The notes: generated by a model not told the origin, from the letters alone. 64,000 nt of DNA from an uncultured Candidatus Melainabacteria bacterium (GCA_934691935.1 CAKUTH010000001.1:222967-286966), one strand, 5' to 3'; counted from the first letter of the stretch, positions 49,340 through 60,091 are shown. A program made the numbers and translations.

Positions 49340-49636
49340 CTAAAAATGCATGTCAAATGAGGACGGTGAGCCATTGACCTTTTCGTCTTCCATACGCATT
49401 GCAGAACCAATTGTAAAACTTTCTGCAAAAAGTTTATTGATTTTATACGTCAAATCCCCACTAAAAACTTCTTCATTTTCTTCTAAAAATTTGAACAACG
49501 GTTCTGTTGGAGATTTTACCAAATTTCCAATTGTATCTCCAGCTTGTTTTAATGTTCGTTCACCAAACTCTGGAACTTTTACGTTCATGCCAAACGGTTT
49601 ATATGGTCTGTTAAATGAAGCACCTGTATCTGCCAT
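49340..49636 (-). CDS. hypothetical protein
   Basis: 98-aa ORF. No recognisable motifs. Last gene of the HNH-like operon. Confidence 0.4.
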   Translation of the reverse strand: MADTGASFNRPYKPFGMNVKVPEFGERTLKQAGDTIGNLVKSPTEPLFKFLEENEEVFSGDLTYKINKLFAESFTIGSAMRMEDEKVNGSPSSFDMHF

Positions 49637-49718
49637 AATTATATCCTTTTTTATATATAAATATAATCGGCAGGTTTTACAGAATTATTTAATAATCTAT
49701 GACAAACTTTTACAATTG

Positions 49719-50819
49719 TTAATAAATTTCTTTTGGAGGCAAGCCAAATTTTAATCTGCTTATATCTAAATCAATAACCCCGCCACTAGCACGATACAAC
49801 GCCTCTTTCAACTTAATTACATATTCAGAATTAACGCTTGTCACACCTTTGTTTACAAGTTTAATTATTTGATTTATCTGTTTTTGAGCATTTTGGGGCA
49901 TATCAGGGTGAGCTTTAATTTGCTCAATCATTGGACGACAACCTCTTTCCCAGTTATCTTGCGCACATTCAATTGCATAGTTATATACACTATCTGCACC
50001 ACCTTCTGCACGAGGTTTTATATGTTCAATCGTGCCAACAGAGCGTTCGAGTAATCTTACAGCTATTTCTCGATTACTTTTTCTTGCGTATTTAATAATA
50101 AATGCTTCAAATTCTGTTGTAGAAGAAGGTAATTTTTCTGCTAATGCTAATAAATTTGTTTGATGAACTGTACCTAAATCTTTTGAATATTTATATATTT
50201 GCCCGATAAACTTTTTCCTTCCAAATGTAACTTTTGGAACTCGTCCATACATTTCGTCATAACTTTGTTGTAAAATTTCATCCAACTCCGTCAATTTTTC
50301 TTTCGGCAAATGCTTTTGAGAATAATCGTATATTTCTCCAAAAATTTCACTTTGTTTAGCAATAAGTTTTACTTCTAAATTTTTAGTCTTTGTTGCCAAT
50401 AATTTTGACAAATTCTTTTCAGGATATTCTTTTTCCAAGCTAACCAAGAGTCTAAAAACCTTTTTTTCTAACGGTTTCATGTATTTTTCAAAATAACCTA
50501 ACGTTTTAAGTATTTTATGAGAAGAACCATTGAACAACTTTTTCGAGTCCATTTCTGAAATCACATTAGGGTCAATCATTCTTTTCCCGCAACAAAGGCA
50601 TGTAACACCTTGCCCAGCAAGTCTTGTAACCGCATTACGCCCATTTGAAGAATATACTCTTACTCTTGGAATTTTGCCTGTAAATTCTACAGTATCGGCT
50701 GCCAGTTGAGTATTCGCATACAGAGGATAGTTTTGTTTGTTATTCTCTACATTATTGACCTGTGGTTTAAATAATAATATTGGATTAATTCGCATACAAA
50801 TACAATACGCGTAATTCAA
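49719..50819 (-). CDS. HNH-nuclease-like protein with N-terminal CxCCG zinc-finger-like motif (paralog A)
   Basis: 366 aa. TCLCCGKRM near the N-terminus. C-terminal VGTIEHIKPRAEGGADSVYNYAIECAQDN resembles the HNH beta-beta-alpha-Me motif. Shares the C-terminal GG(V/I)IDLDISRL with the neighbouring paralog. Confidence 0.55.
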   Translation of the reverse strand: MNYAYCICMRINPILLFKPQVNNVENNKQNYPLYANTQLAADTVEFTGKIPRVRVYSSNGRNAVTRLAGQGVTCLCCGKRMIDPNVISEMDSKKLFNGSSHKILKTLGYFEKYMKPLEKKVFRLLVSLEKEYPEKNLSKLLATKTKNLEVKLIAKQSEIFGEIYDYSQKHLPKEKLTELDEILQQSYDEMYGRVPKVTFGRKKFIGQIYKYSKDLGTVHQTNLLALAEKLPSSTTEFEAFIIKYARKSNREIAVRLLERSVGTIEHIKPRAEGGADSVYNYAIECAQDNWERGCRPMIEQIKAHPDMPQNAQKQINQIIKLVNKGVTSVNSEYVIKLKEALYRASGGVIDLDISRLKFGLPPKEIY

Positions 50820-50846
50820 AAATTTTGCTATTTTATTAAAATTTGG

Positions 50847-51794
50847 TTACAATCGACTAATGTCTAAATCAATAATTCCGTCAGAATGAAAATAAAACAT
50901 ATTTTTCAAATTTTCGATATATTCTCGCTTACATACACCTTCCTTACACAACAAAATCAATTTATCCATCTGAATTTGAGCATTTTCTGGCATATATGGA
51001 TTTTCTTCAATTTGAACACTCAATGGATAATGGTGTCTGGAATTGTTGCAATAAGTACATTCAAGAGCAAAGTTTAGGGAATTATTTTCTCCATTCATGC
51101 ATTTAGGTTGAAGATGTTCAAAAGTTCCAACCGCAGGGTGAACGAGATTAAGAGCGATTATTCGCGAACTTTTTCTGGCATTTTTAACAACAAAAGCGCA
51201 AACTTCATCACTAGATCTTGGCAAACGCCGTGCAATAGTAATTATTTCCTCTTTTATTTTTTTGTTTTCAATATTTTTACAAATATTTTTGAGTTTGTGA
51301 ATAAAAATCCGCCTGCTAAAAGGTTTGTGTGGTTCGGGGTCAAATATAATATCATTAGTTTTTATGATTAATTTTCGTAATGCTCGTGCCGTTTTTTTAG
51401 GTAAAACTCGTCTGTAAAAACTGATTTTATTAAATATTGAGCTTTGAATTTTTACAAGAGCAAGTTCATGTACATCTTTTTTTAATTCTAAAAGTTCTTT
51501 GAAATTTTTGTTTGGATATTTTGTCGCCATACTTTTAAACATATTAAACACCTGCCTTTCTACAGGGTGCATAATATTTTCAAAAGGTTCTAAAACAGAT
51601 ATTGCATCTTCAGCACAACCTGATAATCTGATATCATCCAACAACTGTGTATAAATATCAGGATGCAACATTTCCATACCGCAACACGGGCAAGGTATGT
51701 GAAAATTGAACAAATTCTTCAACTCACGACGCGTGAGCGGGATTTCTTTGCATTTAAAAGAAATATTTTCAGCTTTTACAATTTTCTTTTCCAT
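50847..51794 (-). CDS. HNH-nuclease-like protein with N-terminal CxCCG zinc-finger-like motif (paralog B)
   Basis: 315 aa. CPCCGMEM. VGTFEHLQPKCMNGENNSLNFALECTYCNNSRHH (H..P...G...N...C..CN..H). C-terminal DGIIDLDISRL. Confidence 0.55.
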   Translation of the reverse strand: MEKKIVKAENISFKCKEIPLTRRELKNLFNFHIPCPCCGMEMLHPDIYTQLLDDIRLSGCAEDAISVLEPFENIMHPVERQVFNMFKSMATKYPNKNFKELLELKKDVHELALVKIQSSIFNKISFYRRVLPKKTARALRKLIIKTNDIIFDPEPHKPFSRRIFIHKLKNICKNIENKKIKEEIITIARRLPRSSDEVCAFVVKNARKSSRIIALNLVHPAVGTFEHLQPKCMNGENNSLNFALECTYCNNSRHHYPLSVQIEENPYMPENAQIQMDKLILLCKEGVCKREYIENLKNMFYFHSDGIIDLDISRL

Positions 51795-51824
51795 TTCAAA
51801 TATATTATTCCCAGATTTTAGGAA

Positions 51825-52457
51825 TTATATATTCAAATTAACAAATTTTTCTTGTTCGCCTACATTTGTAATTTTTAGAGAACTTATCTTTTTGGGGTCA
51901 AATTGAAAAATATTTGCTGACGAGAAAAATGCTGGTCTACCAAAATATTTATATGGAGTTATATCCATCTTAACCCCTTGTGGGAAAAGTTTATCAAGCA
52001 TTTCCTGCAATTTTCCAACAACACGATTTGGAATAACTTCAAGCCCATTTCCTTTATCCACACCTCTAAGATTTAAAAATACTCTAGGCTCATAATTTTT
52101 ATTCATTTTGCCAATATTAGCTTTCAAAAGTTTTGCAATTGCTGCAACCTGTTCATTTATAGCAATTGGTGTATAATGCGACATAACAGACAAAAATCTA
52201 TTGTTGTTTAATTTCGTAATAACATTTATAGAATTGCAACCAGAAAGACTATCAGTGTAAATTGTTGTGACACCATTTGATGAGATTTCTTTTGCTATCG
52301 CTTGGTTCATTGCGCATCTTGCAACACTTTTATCACCATTCACAGTTTTTCTAAACAAAACCATTTCTGGCATAGAAAATGTTGCTTCAATATTTTGTCT
52401 TGCCACTGTTGAAATTTTTTGCGGGATAAATGATCTTGTTAAATTTGTTATTGCCAT
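51825..52457 (-). CDS. hypothetical protein (first gene of the HNH-like operon)
   Basis: 210-aa ORF, 30 nt upstream of paralog B. No recognisable motifs. Confidence 0.45.
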   Translation of the reverse strand: MAITNLTRSFIPQKISTVARQNIEATFSMPEMVLFRKTVNGDKSVARCAMNQAIAKEISSNGVTTIYTDSLSGCNSINVITKLNNNRFLSVMSHYTPIAINEQVAAIAKLLKANIGKMNKNYEPRVFLNLRGVDKGNGLEVIPNRVVGKLQEMLDKLFPQGVKMDITPYKYFGRPAFFSSANIFQFDPKKISSLKITNVGEQEKFVNLNI

Positions 52458-52607
52458 AATAGACTTAATGCACGTAAAAAATTTTTTTTGACAAATTAAG
52501 AAATAAATGTTTAGAAATATGTACTATTTTCTTTTTTGAGTTATAATTATCGTGAACATTAGAAGTGTATAACTATAAACGTACAAAGCTGTACGAGAAA
52601 GGTAAGT

Positions 52608-54749
52608 ATGACAATACCAGAATCTAAAAAATTCGAGCTTGAAATCGGCGGTAAAACAGTTACAATAGAAACTGGGAAATACGCTAAATCTACTAATGGT
52701 TCAGTAACAGTAAGATGCGGTGATACAATGTTATTTGTACACTGTGTTGTTTCTAAAGAACCACGTGTAGGTATCGATTTCTTCCCATTATTAATTGATT
52801 ACGAAGAAAGAATGTCCTCTATAGGACGTATCCCTGGCGGGTACAACCGTTCTGAAGGTAAAGCAAGCGACAAGGCTATCCTTGTTTCTCGTTTGATTGA
52901 CAGACCTATCAGACCACTTTTCCCTAAAGGATACAGAAATGATATACAAATTGTAGCTCAATTATTCAGCTACGACCAACAAAACCAACCTGATACATTG
53001 GCAATGTTAGGTGCATCTTGCGCTTTAATGTTATCAGGAGCTCCTTTTGAAGGCCCTATCGGAGCTGTTAGAGTTTCTAAAGACGAAAATGGCAACATGA
53101 TTGCTAACCCTACTCACCAACAAGCTGATAAATCTGACCTTGACATCGTTGTTGCAGGTACTCACGACTCAGTTATTATGGTGGAAGCAGGTTGCAAATT
53201 CGTTACTGAAGACGATATTATGAACGCTGTTGAATTCGCTCAAGTAGAAATTAAAAAACAATGTGAAGCTCAAGTGGCATTTGCAAAAGAATGCGGAGTT
53301 GTAAAAGAAGAATTCGTAAACCCTTACGATACTACAGAAATCAAAAAAATCATTGAAGAAACTGCTCACGACATGATTTTTGATGCTTATCACAATTTTG
53401 ACAGAGCGTATAGACAAGAAAAACTTGAAGAAGCTAAAAAACTTGTTAAAGAAAAAATTGACGCTTTGCCAGATGATGATTACAGCAAAAAAATCATGGA
53501 AGAAACTGGTATCGACTTTGTTGCAGAAGAATTCAAAAATGCAGAAAAACATATTATGCGTACAATGATTTTGGATGAAGGCGTTAGAGCTGACGGAAGA
53601 AAACCTCACGATGTTCGCCCAATTTGGTGCGAAGTTGGCGTTATTCCTCGTGCACACGGTTCTGCCGTATTTACAAGAGGTCAAACTCAAGTTCTTTCAG
53701 TTGCAACCCTTGCTGGTCCTGCTATGAAACAAGAGCTCGACGGAGTTGATCCTGAAACAGAAAAAAGATATATGCACAAATACATCTTCCCTGGATTTTC
53801 AGTTGGTGAAGTTAAACCTCTTAGAGGTCCTGGCAGACGTGAAGTTGGTCACGGAAACTTGGCTGAACGTGCGAATGTTCCTGCACTTCCATCTCAAGAA
53901 GAATTCGGATACACAATCCGCGTAACTTCCGATGTATTAGAATCTAACGGTTCTACTTCAATGGCATCAACTTGCGGTTCTTCAATGGCTTTGATGAACG
54001 CTGGTGTTCCTGTAAAATGTATGATAGGCGGCGTAGCAATGGGTATGATTACCGAAGCTGGCAAAGAACCTGTTGTATTAACTGACATCCAAGGTATTGA
54101 AGATTTCCTTGGTGATATGGACTTCAAAGTTACTGGTAACGACACTGGTATTACTGCACTTCAAATGGATATGAAGGCAAAAGGTATCGCAAATGATACA
54201 TTGCGTCGCGCTTTGGCACAAGCTAAAGAAGGTAGATTGCATATCTTAAGCAAAATGAGAGAAGCTATTACTCAACCTGGACCAATGTCACCATTCGCTC
54301 CAAGCATATCTACAATGACAATACCTACAGAAGATATTGGAACAGTAATCGGACCTGGCGGAAAACAAATCCGTGCAATTATTGATGCTTCAGGTGCTGA
54401 AATCGATATCCAAGATTCTGGTGTTGTAACTATTACATCTAACGACCAAGAAGGTGCTGAAATCGCAAAAAGAATGATTAGAGAACTTACTTTCAAACCT
54501 GAACAAGGTATGATTTTGAAAGGAAAAGTTGTTAGAATTATTCCGATTGGCGCATTTGTAGAATTAGCACCAGGCAAAGACGGTATGGTTCACATTTCAC
54601 AAGTTTGCAACGAACGCATTGAAACAATTGAACCACATCTTCAAATCGGTCAAGAAGTCATCGTTAAAGTAATCAAAATTGATGACAAAGGCAGAGTAAA
54701 CCTTACTATCAAAGGCGTTACTGAAGAAGAAAAAGCATCTGTTCAATAA
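52608..54749 (+). CDS. pnp: polyribonucleotide nucleotidyltransferase (PNPase)
   Basis: 713 aa. Two RNase-PH-like domains, KH (GPGGKQIRAI) and S1 (GKVVRIIPIGAFVEL) at the C-terminus. Confidence 0.95.
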   Translation: MTIPESKKFELEIGGKTVTIETGKYAKSTNGSVTVRCGDTMLFVHCVVSKEPRVGIDFFPLLIDYEERMSSIGRIPGGYNRSEGKASDKAILVSRLIDRPIRPLFPKGYRNDIQIVAQLFSYDQQNQPDTLAMLGASCALMLSGAPFEGPIGAVRVSKDENGNMIANPTHQQADKSDLDIVVAGTHDSVIMVEAGCKFVTEDDIMNAVEFAQVEIKKQCEAQVAFAKECGVVKEEFVNPYDTTEIKKIIEETAHDMIFDAYHNFDRAYRQEKLEEAKKLVKEKIDALPDDDYSKKIMEETGIDFVAEEFKNAEKHIMRTMILDEGVRADGRKPHDVRPIWCEVGVIPRAHGSAVFTRGQTQVLSVATLAGPAMKQELDGVDPETEKRYMHKYIFPGFSVGEVKPLRGPGRREVGHGNLAERANVPALPSQEEFGYTIRVTSDVLESNGSTSMASTCGSSMALMNAGVPVKCMIGGVAMGMITEAGKEPVVLTDIQGIEDFLGDMDFKVTGNDTGITALQMDMKAKGIANDTLRRALAQAKEGRLHILSKMREAITQPGPMSPFAPSISTMTIPTEDIGTVIGPGGKQIRAIIDASGAEIDIQDSGVVTITSNDQEGAEIAKRMIRELTFKPEQGMILKGKVVRIIPIGAFVELAPGKDGMVHISQVCNERIETIEPHLQIGQEVIVKVIKIDDKGRVNLTIKGVTEEEKASVQ

Positions 54750-54767
54750 CAAATGCAACTAATATAG

Positions 54768-54802
54768 AAAAAAGGATTGGCAGAATTGCCAATCCTTTTT
54801 TT
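54768..54802. terminator. rho-independent terminator (GGATTGGCA-gaat-TGCCAATCC + T7), A-tract on the other side
   Basis: Perfect 9-bp stem 25 nt after the pnp stop. Could serve the convergent 54820 gene as well. Confidence 0.8.
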
Positions 54803-54819
54803 ACTTTTAATCATATTAA

Positions 54820-56964
54820 TTACATTGGAGCGTACGTTTCTAACGCAAATGCCAAGATAATTTGTTCCATTTTAGCTTTTTTCATCTCTTGAGAAGCATC
54901 TTTATCTAACAAGAACCTTGCTGAACCTCCAAATTCAGTTATATATTTAATTAAGTTATCTTTAAGTTTTGGCGAATTACTTTCTTTTAAATATTGTGCT
55001 ATTGAATTTATCATTTCAGATACTTGAGTATTGTAATTTTGGAACGGAGATTTTTTAACATTGTAATTTCTCAACATTTCAAAAAGTTTTAATGAAATCT
55101 TTCTAATTTCTTGCGTTGATAATGGTTTTTTATACATATCATATTTTGCATTAATAATTGATTTGTTTTGAAGAATATAGGAGCGTATTTTAGGGTTATT
55201 TATCATATCGCTACCTGTATAATAAGGTAAATCAACAATAATTATTTTTGAATCAATACCCGTTGACGCACTTAAAAGTATTTCACTCAATGATTGCTGA
55301 GCTGCGCGGATTTCATTTTTTGGCGCAAATTTTGCAAATTCATCCTGTATTTTTTTATCCAATTCATTAACTCTATCCAAAGGCATCAGTCTATCATCAT
55401 CTGGCGGATTAACTCCTGCTTGTAATAAGGATTTTGTTAGAATGTAAGAACTATCTATATCTTTATTATTTTTAATAAAGTTAATATATTTTTTAGCGAA
55501 ACTCGAAGGCATAAAATATGTTTCATTCTTTAAAATTTCATCCAATGCTTCATCCATTTTTCCCACAATTGAAATTGACCCTTGGTCTGTTTCAAATCTG
55601 TATTCATCGACATCAAATTTAGCCTTTGCATCTTCTAACGCGTCATCAAAAGTCAATGGGACTTGCTTATCTTCAGTTTGTACATCTGCAACTTGTTCTT
55701 CCTTCAAGATTTCATTCAAAAGATGTTTTTTATCTTCCTCGCTCAAGTTTGCAAACATATCTTCATATTCATCTTGAATTTTATTATGCTCATCTATTTG
55801 CGCAAGACGATTTGGTTTTATTCCGTGTGCATATTCCAAAAGAGCTTTAAAATCGTCATTTTGACCATCAACGCCATAGTCATCCATAAACATTTTTATT
55901 GTTTGTTTCATAATCACAGAACGCCAATAACGTCTATCATCATCTGCCCAATAAGCATCGAGTTTTTGTTTTTGCGATTTAGTAAGATTATCTTGATTTT
56001 CAAAGAATTCTCGCATTTCTGGTGACACATGCAATTTTTCTAACACGATTGAATTTATTTCACCTAAATATTTTGCGACAAAATTCAATTGCGCTTCGTC
56101 TTTAATATTTGATTTTTTTAATTGTTTTTTTGTTTCAGAAACACTGCCATTACCTTTGCTCATTGCATCAGTAAGTTTATCAAGTTCCCAATCCTTTATC
56201 CCATCAAATCTTCCGCGTTGTTTTGGCGCAGTATGAGAGGAATGAACTGGTGATTTTGTAGATGCAATTTTGTTTAAATCTTTTTCAATAGGTTTGCGAG
56301 GGGTGTATGTGTAATTGAAATTTGACCTATTGTGAGTAAACGATTTCCAAAACGCATTATTAGGGAATTTTATTCCATAAGCACTAAGTGTATCGTATTC
56401 AATCGGACTCAAACCGTCGTAGTAAACTGATTTGTCCTTTGAAAAATCTTCATTAATTTCTTTTAAGGTTTTACCTTCAACATAAATTTTCTTTAAAATA
56501 TAGTGACCAAGATTATCCTTACCATTTTTAAACAAAGAATGTCCTTCATCCTTCATTAAATCAATTTCAGCAAGAATTCCAGCTCTTGCTTTTCGATTAG
56601 GTTCATCTGACAAGTTTTTAAACAATGGTTCTTTTGGAAAAATTCTTTTTACTTGTTCTAAGTTTTTAGTTTCGTTTATATCATCAAACACAAGTGCCAA
56701 CATTTGTTGAGGTGGCATGTGCTGTCTATCTTCATAATCAGCATTCAAGTATTGCTTCATTGTTTCTGGCATACCTGTTTTATTCCAAACACAAGAATAA
56801 AAATCCTCTGGAGTTCTAAACAACCTGCCAGTAAAGGTCAAATCGTTATAGGCAATAGGATTGTATGCGTAATTTTGTGTTTTTGCAGTATTTTGTTGTC
56901 TGTTTTTTTGTTTTGTTTGTTTTAGATTTAAAAAAATATATTGTGTAATTGCTTGTATTTTCAT
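54820..56964 (-). CDS. large hypothetical protein, no recognisable domains (ORFan)
   Basis: 714-aa ORF, acidic/Lys-rich, no TM segments. Start context AGGAGAAAATAAATG. Confidence 0.5.
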   Translation of the reverse strand: MKIQAITQYIFLNLKQTKQKNRQQNTAKTQNYAYNPIAYNDLTFTGRLFRTPEDFYSCVWNKTGMPETMKQYLNADYEDRQHMPPQQMLALVFDDINETKNLEQVKRIFPKEPLFKNLSDEPNRKARAGILAEIDLMKDEGHSLFKNGKDNLGHYILKKIYVEGKTLKEINEDFSKDKSVYYDGLSPIEYDTLSAYGIKFPNNAFWKSFTHNRSNFNYTYTPRKPIEKDLNKIASTKSPVHSSHTAPKQRGRFDGIKDWELDKLTDAMSKGNGSVSETKKQLKKSNIKDEAQLNFVAKYLGEINSIVLEKLHVSPEMREFFENQDNLTKSQKQKLDAYWADDDRRYWRSVIMKQTIKMFMDDYGVDGQNDDFKALLEYAHGIKPNRLAQIDEHNKIQDEYEDMFANLSEEDKKHLLNEILKEEQVADVQTEDKQVPLTFDDALEDAKAKFDVDEYRFETDQGSISIVGKMDEALDEILKNETYFMPSSFAKKYINFIKNNKDIDSSYILTKSLLQAGVNPPDDDRLMPLDRVNELDKKIQDEFAKFAPKNEIRAAQQSLSEILLSASTGIDSKIIIVDLPYYTGSDMINNPKIRSYILQNKSIINAKYDMYKKPLSTQEIRKISLKLFEMLRNYNVKKSPFQNYNTQVSEMINSIAQYLKESNSPKLKDNLIKYITEFGGSARFLLDKDASQEMKKAKMEQIILAFALETYAPM

Positions 56965-57063
56965 TTATTTTCTCCTATTCTTTGAAAGAACATAAAGAAA
57001 ACTTTTTGCTAGTAAATTAAAAATCTTTTACATTTTTGTGCTAAACTCAAATCGGAGGGAATT

Positions 57064-58110
57064 ATGTTAGATGTAATTACAATTGGAAGTGCGACAATGG
57101 ATGTATTTGTAGAAAGCGACGACGCAAACATTGTTTCTGTATATACAAAGAATAAAAAATCAGAATTTATGAGTTACCCTTATGGCGCAAAAGTCGAAAT
57201 TGAAGATTTCACCTCTCAAGTCGGCGGTGGCGGTGTTAACACTGCTTGTAATTTCGCAAATCTTGGATTTTCCACAGGTGTAATTTTTAAAATAGGTGAC
57301 GATATTTATTCGGACGGGATTTTAGAAAGTTTTAAAGATAAAAATATTGATTTAACAAATATTGTACAAGACAGCACTGTAAGTACTGGTTTTTCTATCA
57401 TTTTGGTAAGTTTCCAAGGCGACAGAACTGTTTTGGCTCACAGAGGTGCAAACGCCCAAATAAAGAAAACAGATATTAATTTTGAAGCTATCAAAGGGGC
57501 AAAACTTCTTTATATTGCACCGCTTAACGGTAATAGTACAAAGGTTTTGGATGATATTGTTAATTTTGCAAAAGAAAATAATGTAAAAGTTTGCTTCAAC
57601 GCAGGTTCATCCAGCCTCAAAAAAGGATTTAATTACCTAAAAAAAATCCTCGAAAATGCTCATGTTGTAGTGCTTAATAAAGAAGAAGCTACAATGGCAA
57701 CACAAATTCAGGTTCGACCTGACACTAAAGACGAGCATTTTTCGGAAGAACTTATTCACCCTGACATAAAAGAAATGTTCAAAAAGCTCAAAGTTAAAGA
57801 TTATCAGGTTATCGTAATTACAGACGGTAACAATGGTGCTTACGCATACGACGGCAAATCTTTTTATTTCTGCCCTGTCTTTAACGGTCCTGTAACTTCA
57901 ACACTTGGAGCTGGAGATGCTTTTGCTTCAACTCTTTGCGCTGCATTGTGGAAAAACGGCCCAGACATCGGCAAAGCCTTGATGTACGCCTCTGTAAACT
58001 CTGCAGGAGTTGTATCTAAATTCGGAGCAACGCAAGGGCTTATGAAATTCGAAGAAATCGAACAGAAGTTAAAAGAAAACCCTAATTACACATACAAAAA
58101 AGACTCTTAA
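57064..58110 (+). CDS. PfkB-family carbohydrate kinase (ribokinase-like)
   Basis: 348 aa. GGGGVNTA glycine motif and C-terminal GAGDAF anion-hole motif. Confidence 0.8.
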   Translation: MLDVITIGSATMDVFVESDDANIVSVYTKNKKSEFMSYPYGAKVEIEDFTSQVGGGGVNTACNFANLGFSTGVIFKIGDDIYSDGILESFKDKNIDLTNIVQDSTVSTGFSIILVSFQGDRTVLAHRGANAQIKKTDINFEAIKGAKLLYIAPLNGNSTKVLDDIVNFAKENNVKVCFNAGSSSLKKGFNYLKKILENAHVVVLNKEEATMATQIQVRPDTKDEHFSEELIHPDIKEMFKKLKVKDYQVIVITDGNNGAYAYDGKSFYFCPVFNGPVTSTLGAGDAFASTLCAALWKNGPDIGKALMYASVNSAGVVSKFGATQGLMKFEEIEQKLKENPNYTYKKDS

Positions 58111-58126
58111 AAAAGAGTCTTTTTTA
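58096..58126 (+). terminator. rho-independent terminator overlapping the kinase stop codon (AAAAGACTCTT-aaaa-AAGAGTCTTTT + T-tract)
   Basis: Perfect 11-bp stem that includes the TAA. Confidence 0.75.
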
Positions 58127-58142
58127 TTATTATTTTTTTCAA

Positions 58143-58910
58143 TTAATCTTCTATTTCAGGAAGAATTTTTTCGCGATAAATTTGTACCGCGCAATAATTC
58201 CAAATCATCTGAATGATAAAAGCAGAGTATCCAATCAATATTCCACATAAATATGTTGATAATGTAGAATTACTATTTTCACCCAACGCAAACAGAACAG
58301 TAATTATTACGCATGGTATTAATGCAATTATCCACAAAAGTATGAATGCTAAACCACATACTACAACTGTTCCGAAAGAATGTTTCATACAATCTATTGG
58401 GAATGTATATCTAAACAAGCCTTTACGATTAAAATCTTTTGCGTAAGCGATGAACACAAATTGGATAAACGGATACCAAATAAAAAACATTATAATCAAG
58501 CCAATCCAACCTATAATTGGAATTATTCCGACAATATACGTTAGTATTACCCATAATACCCAAACAAATATCAAAGGAAATGCCTTAAAAAATGTTCCAA
58601 TAGGTTTTTCATCTATCTCAGGAAGAATATTGTCCTCGTAATCATTATACGCATTATGCATAAAACGGAAGCTATACCCACAAAAATATATACCTATAAC
58701 GAGCATGATTACAATGCCCCCAATTACTGTTGTAAAATCTGGCAATCCCGCTGTAGGTCCTTTAGATAGCGTCTCTTTTAATATTTCAAAATGCGTTTGC
58801 ACCACTGACGAAATGCCAACCAACGCAAATAAACTAATATGCTTAAACAATACATTAGGACCAGAAAAAATCTTCTTAATTCCATCTACAATCAATTCAA
58901 AAACATTCAT
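58143..58910 (-). CDS. hypothetical integral membrane protein (about 6 TM)
   Basis: 255 aa, strongly hydrophobic. Confidence 0.5.
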   Translation of the reverse strand: MNVFELIVDGIKKIFSGPNVLFKHISLFALVGISSVVQTHFEILKETLSKGPTAGLPDFTTVIGGIVIMLVIGIYFCGYSFRFMHNAYNDYEDNILPEIDEKPIGTFFKAFPLIFVWVLWVILTYIVGIIPIIGWIGLIIMFFIWYPFIQFVFIAYAKDFNRKGLFRYTFPIDCMKHSFGTVVVCGLAFILLWIIALIPCVIITVLFALGENSNSTLSTYLCGILIGYSAFIIQMIWNYCAVQIYREKILPEIED

Positions 58911-59007
58911 AATTCCTCGCTTTCACAACCATTAAAAACTGAATGGATTTATTATAGCAGTTTTTCTGAGAATTGCAAGATATATTTTTTTCTTGTAAAA
59001 TCTTTTT

Positions 59008-60090
59008 ATGGATACAGAAATCAAACAACAATATAATGTTTTAAAAAATAGATTTGAAAAAATTAATACATTTGATGTAAAGTCAGAAAAAGAAGAATTG
59101 GCTAAACTTGAAGAAAAAATGCAAACCCCTGAGATTTGGTCAAACCAGAAAAAAGCATCAGAACTCGGTTCACAAATTAGAGATATTAAGGATAATTTGG
59201 AATTTATAGAAAAATGGCAAGGTGTACTCGACGATTGCCAAGTCGCGCTTGACATTGAAGATGCTGACTTGTTGAATGAATCTGCACAAAATTTAAAAGA
59301 AATGGAAATCGCACTTGATAAATTTGAAGTTAAGCAAATGTTATCAGGCGAATATGACGATGCTGACGCAATTTTAACTATTAACGCTGGTGCTGGCGGT
59401 ACTGACGCTCAAGATTGGGCAAGTTTATTATTGAGAATGTATATGCGCTGGGCTGAAAACAAAGGGTGGAAAGTGGAATTGTTGGACAAACTTGATGGAG
59501 ATGAAGCTGGTATAAAATCTGCAACCATAAAGGTGACTGGCAAATTTGCTTTTGGTTACGCAAAGGCTGAAAAAGGCGTGCACAGGCTTGTTAGAATATC
59601 ACCGTTCAACGCTAACGGAAAACGTCAGACAAGTTTTGCTTCAGTTGAAGTTTCTCCAATCATTGAGGACTTTGAAAAAACTATCATAATCCCACCAGAA
59701 GAACTTGAAATTGATACAATGCGCTCAGGCGGTGCTGGCGGTCAAAATGTTAATAAAGTAGAAACAGCCGTAAGAATTTTACACAAACCTACAGGCATTG
59801 TCGTAAAATGCCAACAAGAACGTTCTCAACTTCAAAACAAAGAAAATGCGATGCAAATTCTTGCATCAAAACTTTTGGCTATCAGACAAGAAGAACACGA
59901 AAAGAAACTTGCAGAGCTTAAAGGCGAAAACGTTGACATAAATTTCGGTTCACAGATACGTTCATACGTATTCCACCCATACAAAATGGTAAAAGACCAC
60001 AGAACTGGCTATGAAGTCGGCGATGTTGATAAAGTCATGGATGGAGATTTAGACGGATTTATTGAGGCTTATCTAAAAACATTAAAGTAA
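59008..60090 (+). CDS. prfB: peptide chain release factor 2
   Basis: 360 aa. SPF tripeptide (RISPFNANG). GGQ motif ([16 protein letters not shown]). Continuous ORF; no programmed +1 frameshift is needed. Confidence 0.9.
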   Translation: MDTEIKQQYNVLKNRFEKINTFDVKSEKEELAKLEEKMQTPEIWSNQKKASELGSQIRDIKDNLEFIEKWQGVLDDCQVALDIEDADLLNESAQNLKEMEIALDKFEVKQMLSGEYDDADAILTINAGAGGTDAQDWASLLLRMYMRWAENKGWKVELLDKLDGDEAGIKSATIKVTGKFAFGYAKAEKGVHRLVRISPFNANGKRQTSFASVEVSPIIEDFEKTIIIPPEELEIDTMRSGGAGGQNVNKVETAVRILHKPTGIVVKCQQERSQLQNKENAMQILASKLLAIRQEEHEKKLAELKGENVDINFGSQIRSYVFHPYKMVKDHRTGYEVGDVDKVMDGDLDGFIEAYLKTLK

Positions 60091-60091
60091 A

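Noticed and set aside
53169-53690. 173-aa minus-strand ORF
   Set aside because: Entirely antisense within pnp, whose identity is unambiguous. Its Phe/Asn-rich content is typical of antisense A/T-rich frames.
59008-59120. Looked for the programmed +1 frameshift site (CUU UGA C) usually present early in prfB
   Set aside because: The RF2 ORF is continuous from its ATG with a normal N-terminus, so this prfB lacks the autoregulatory frameshift. Nothing further to report.
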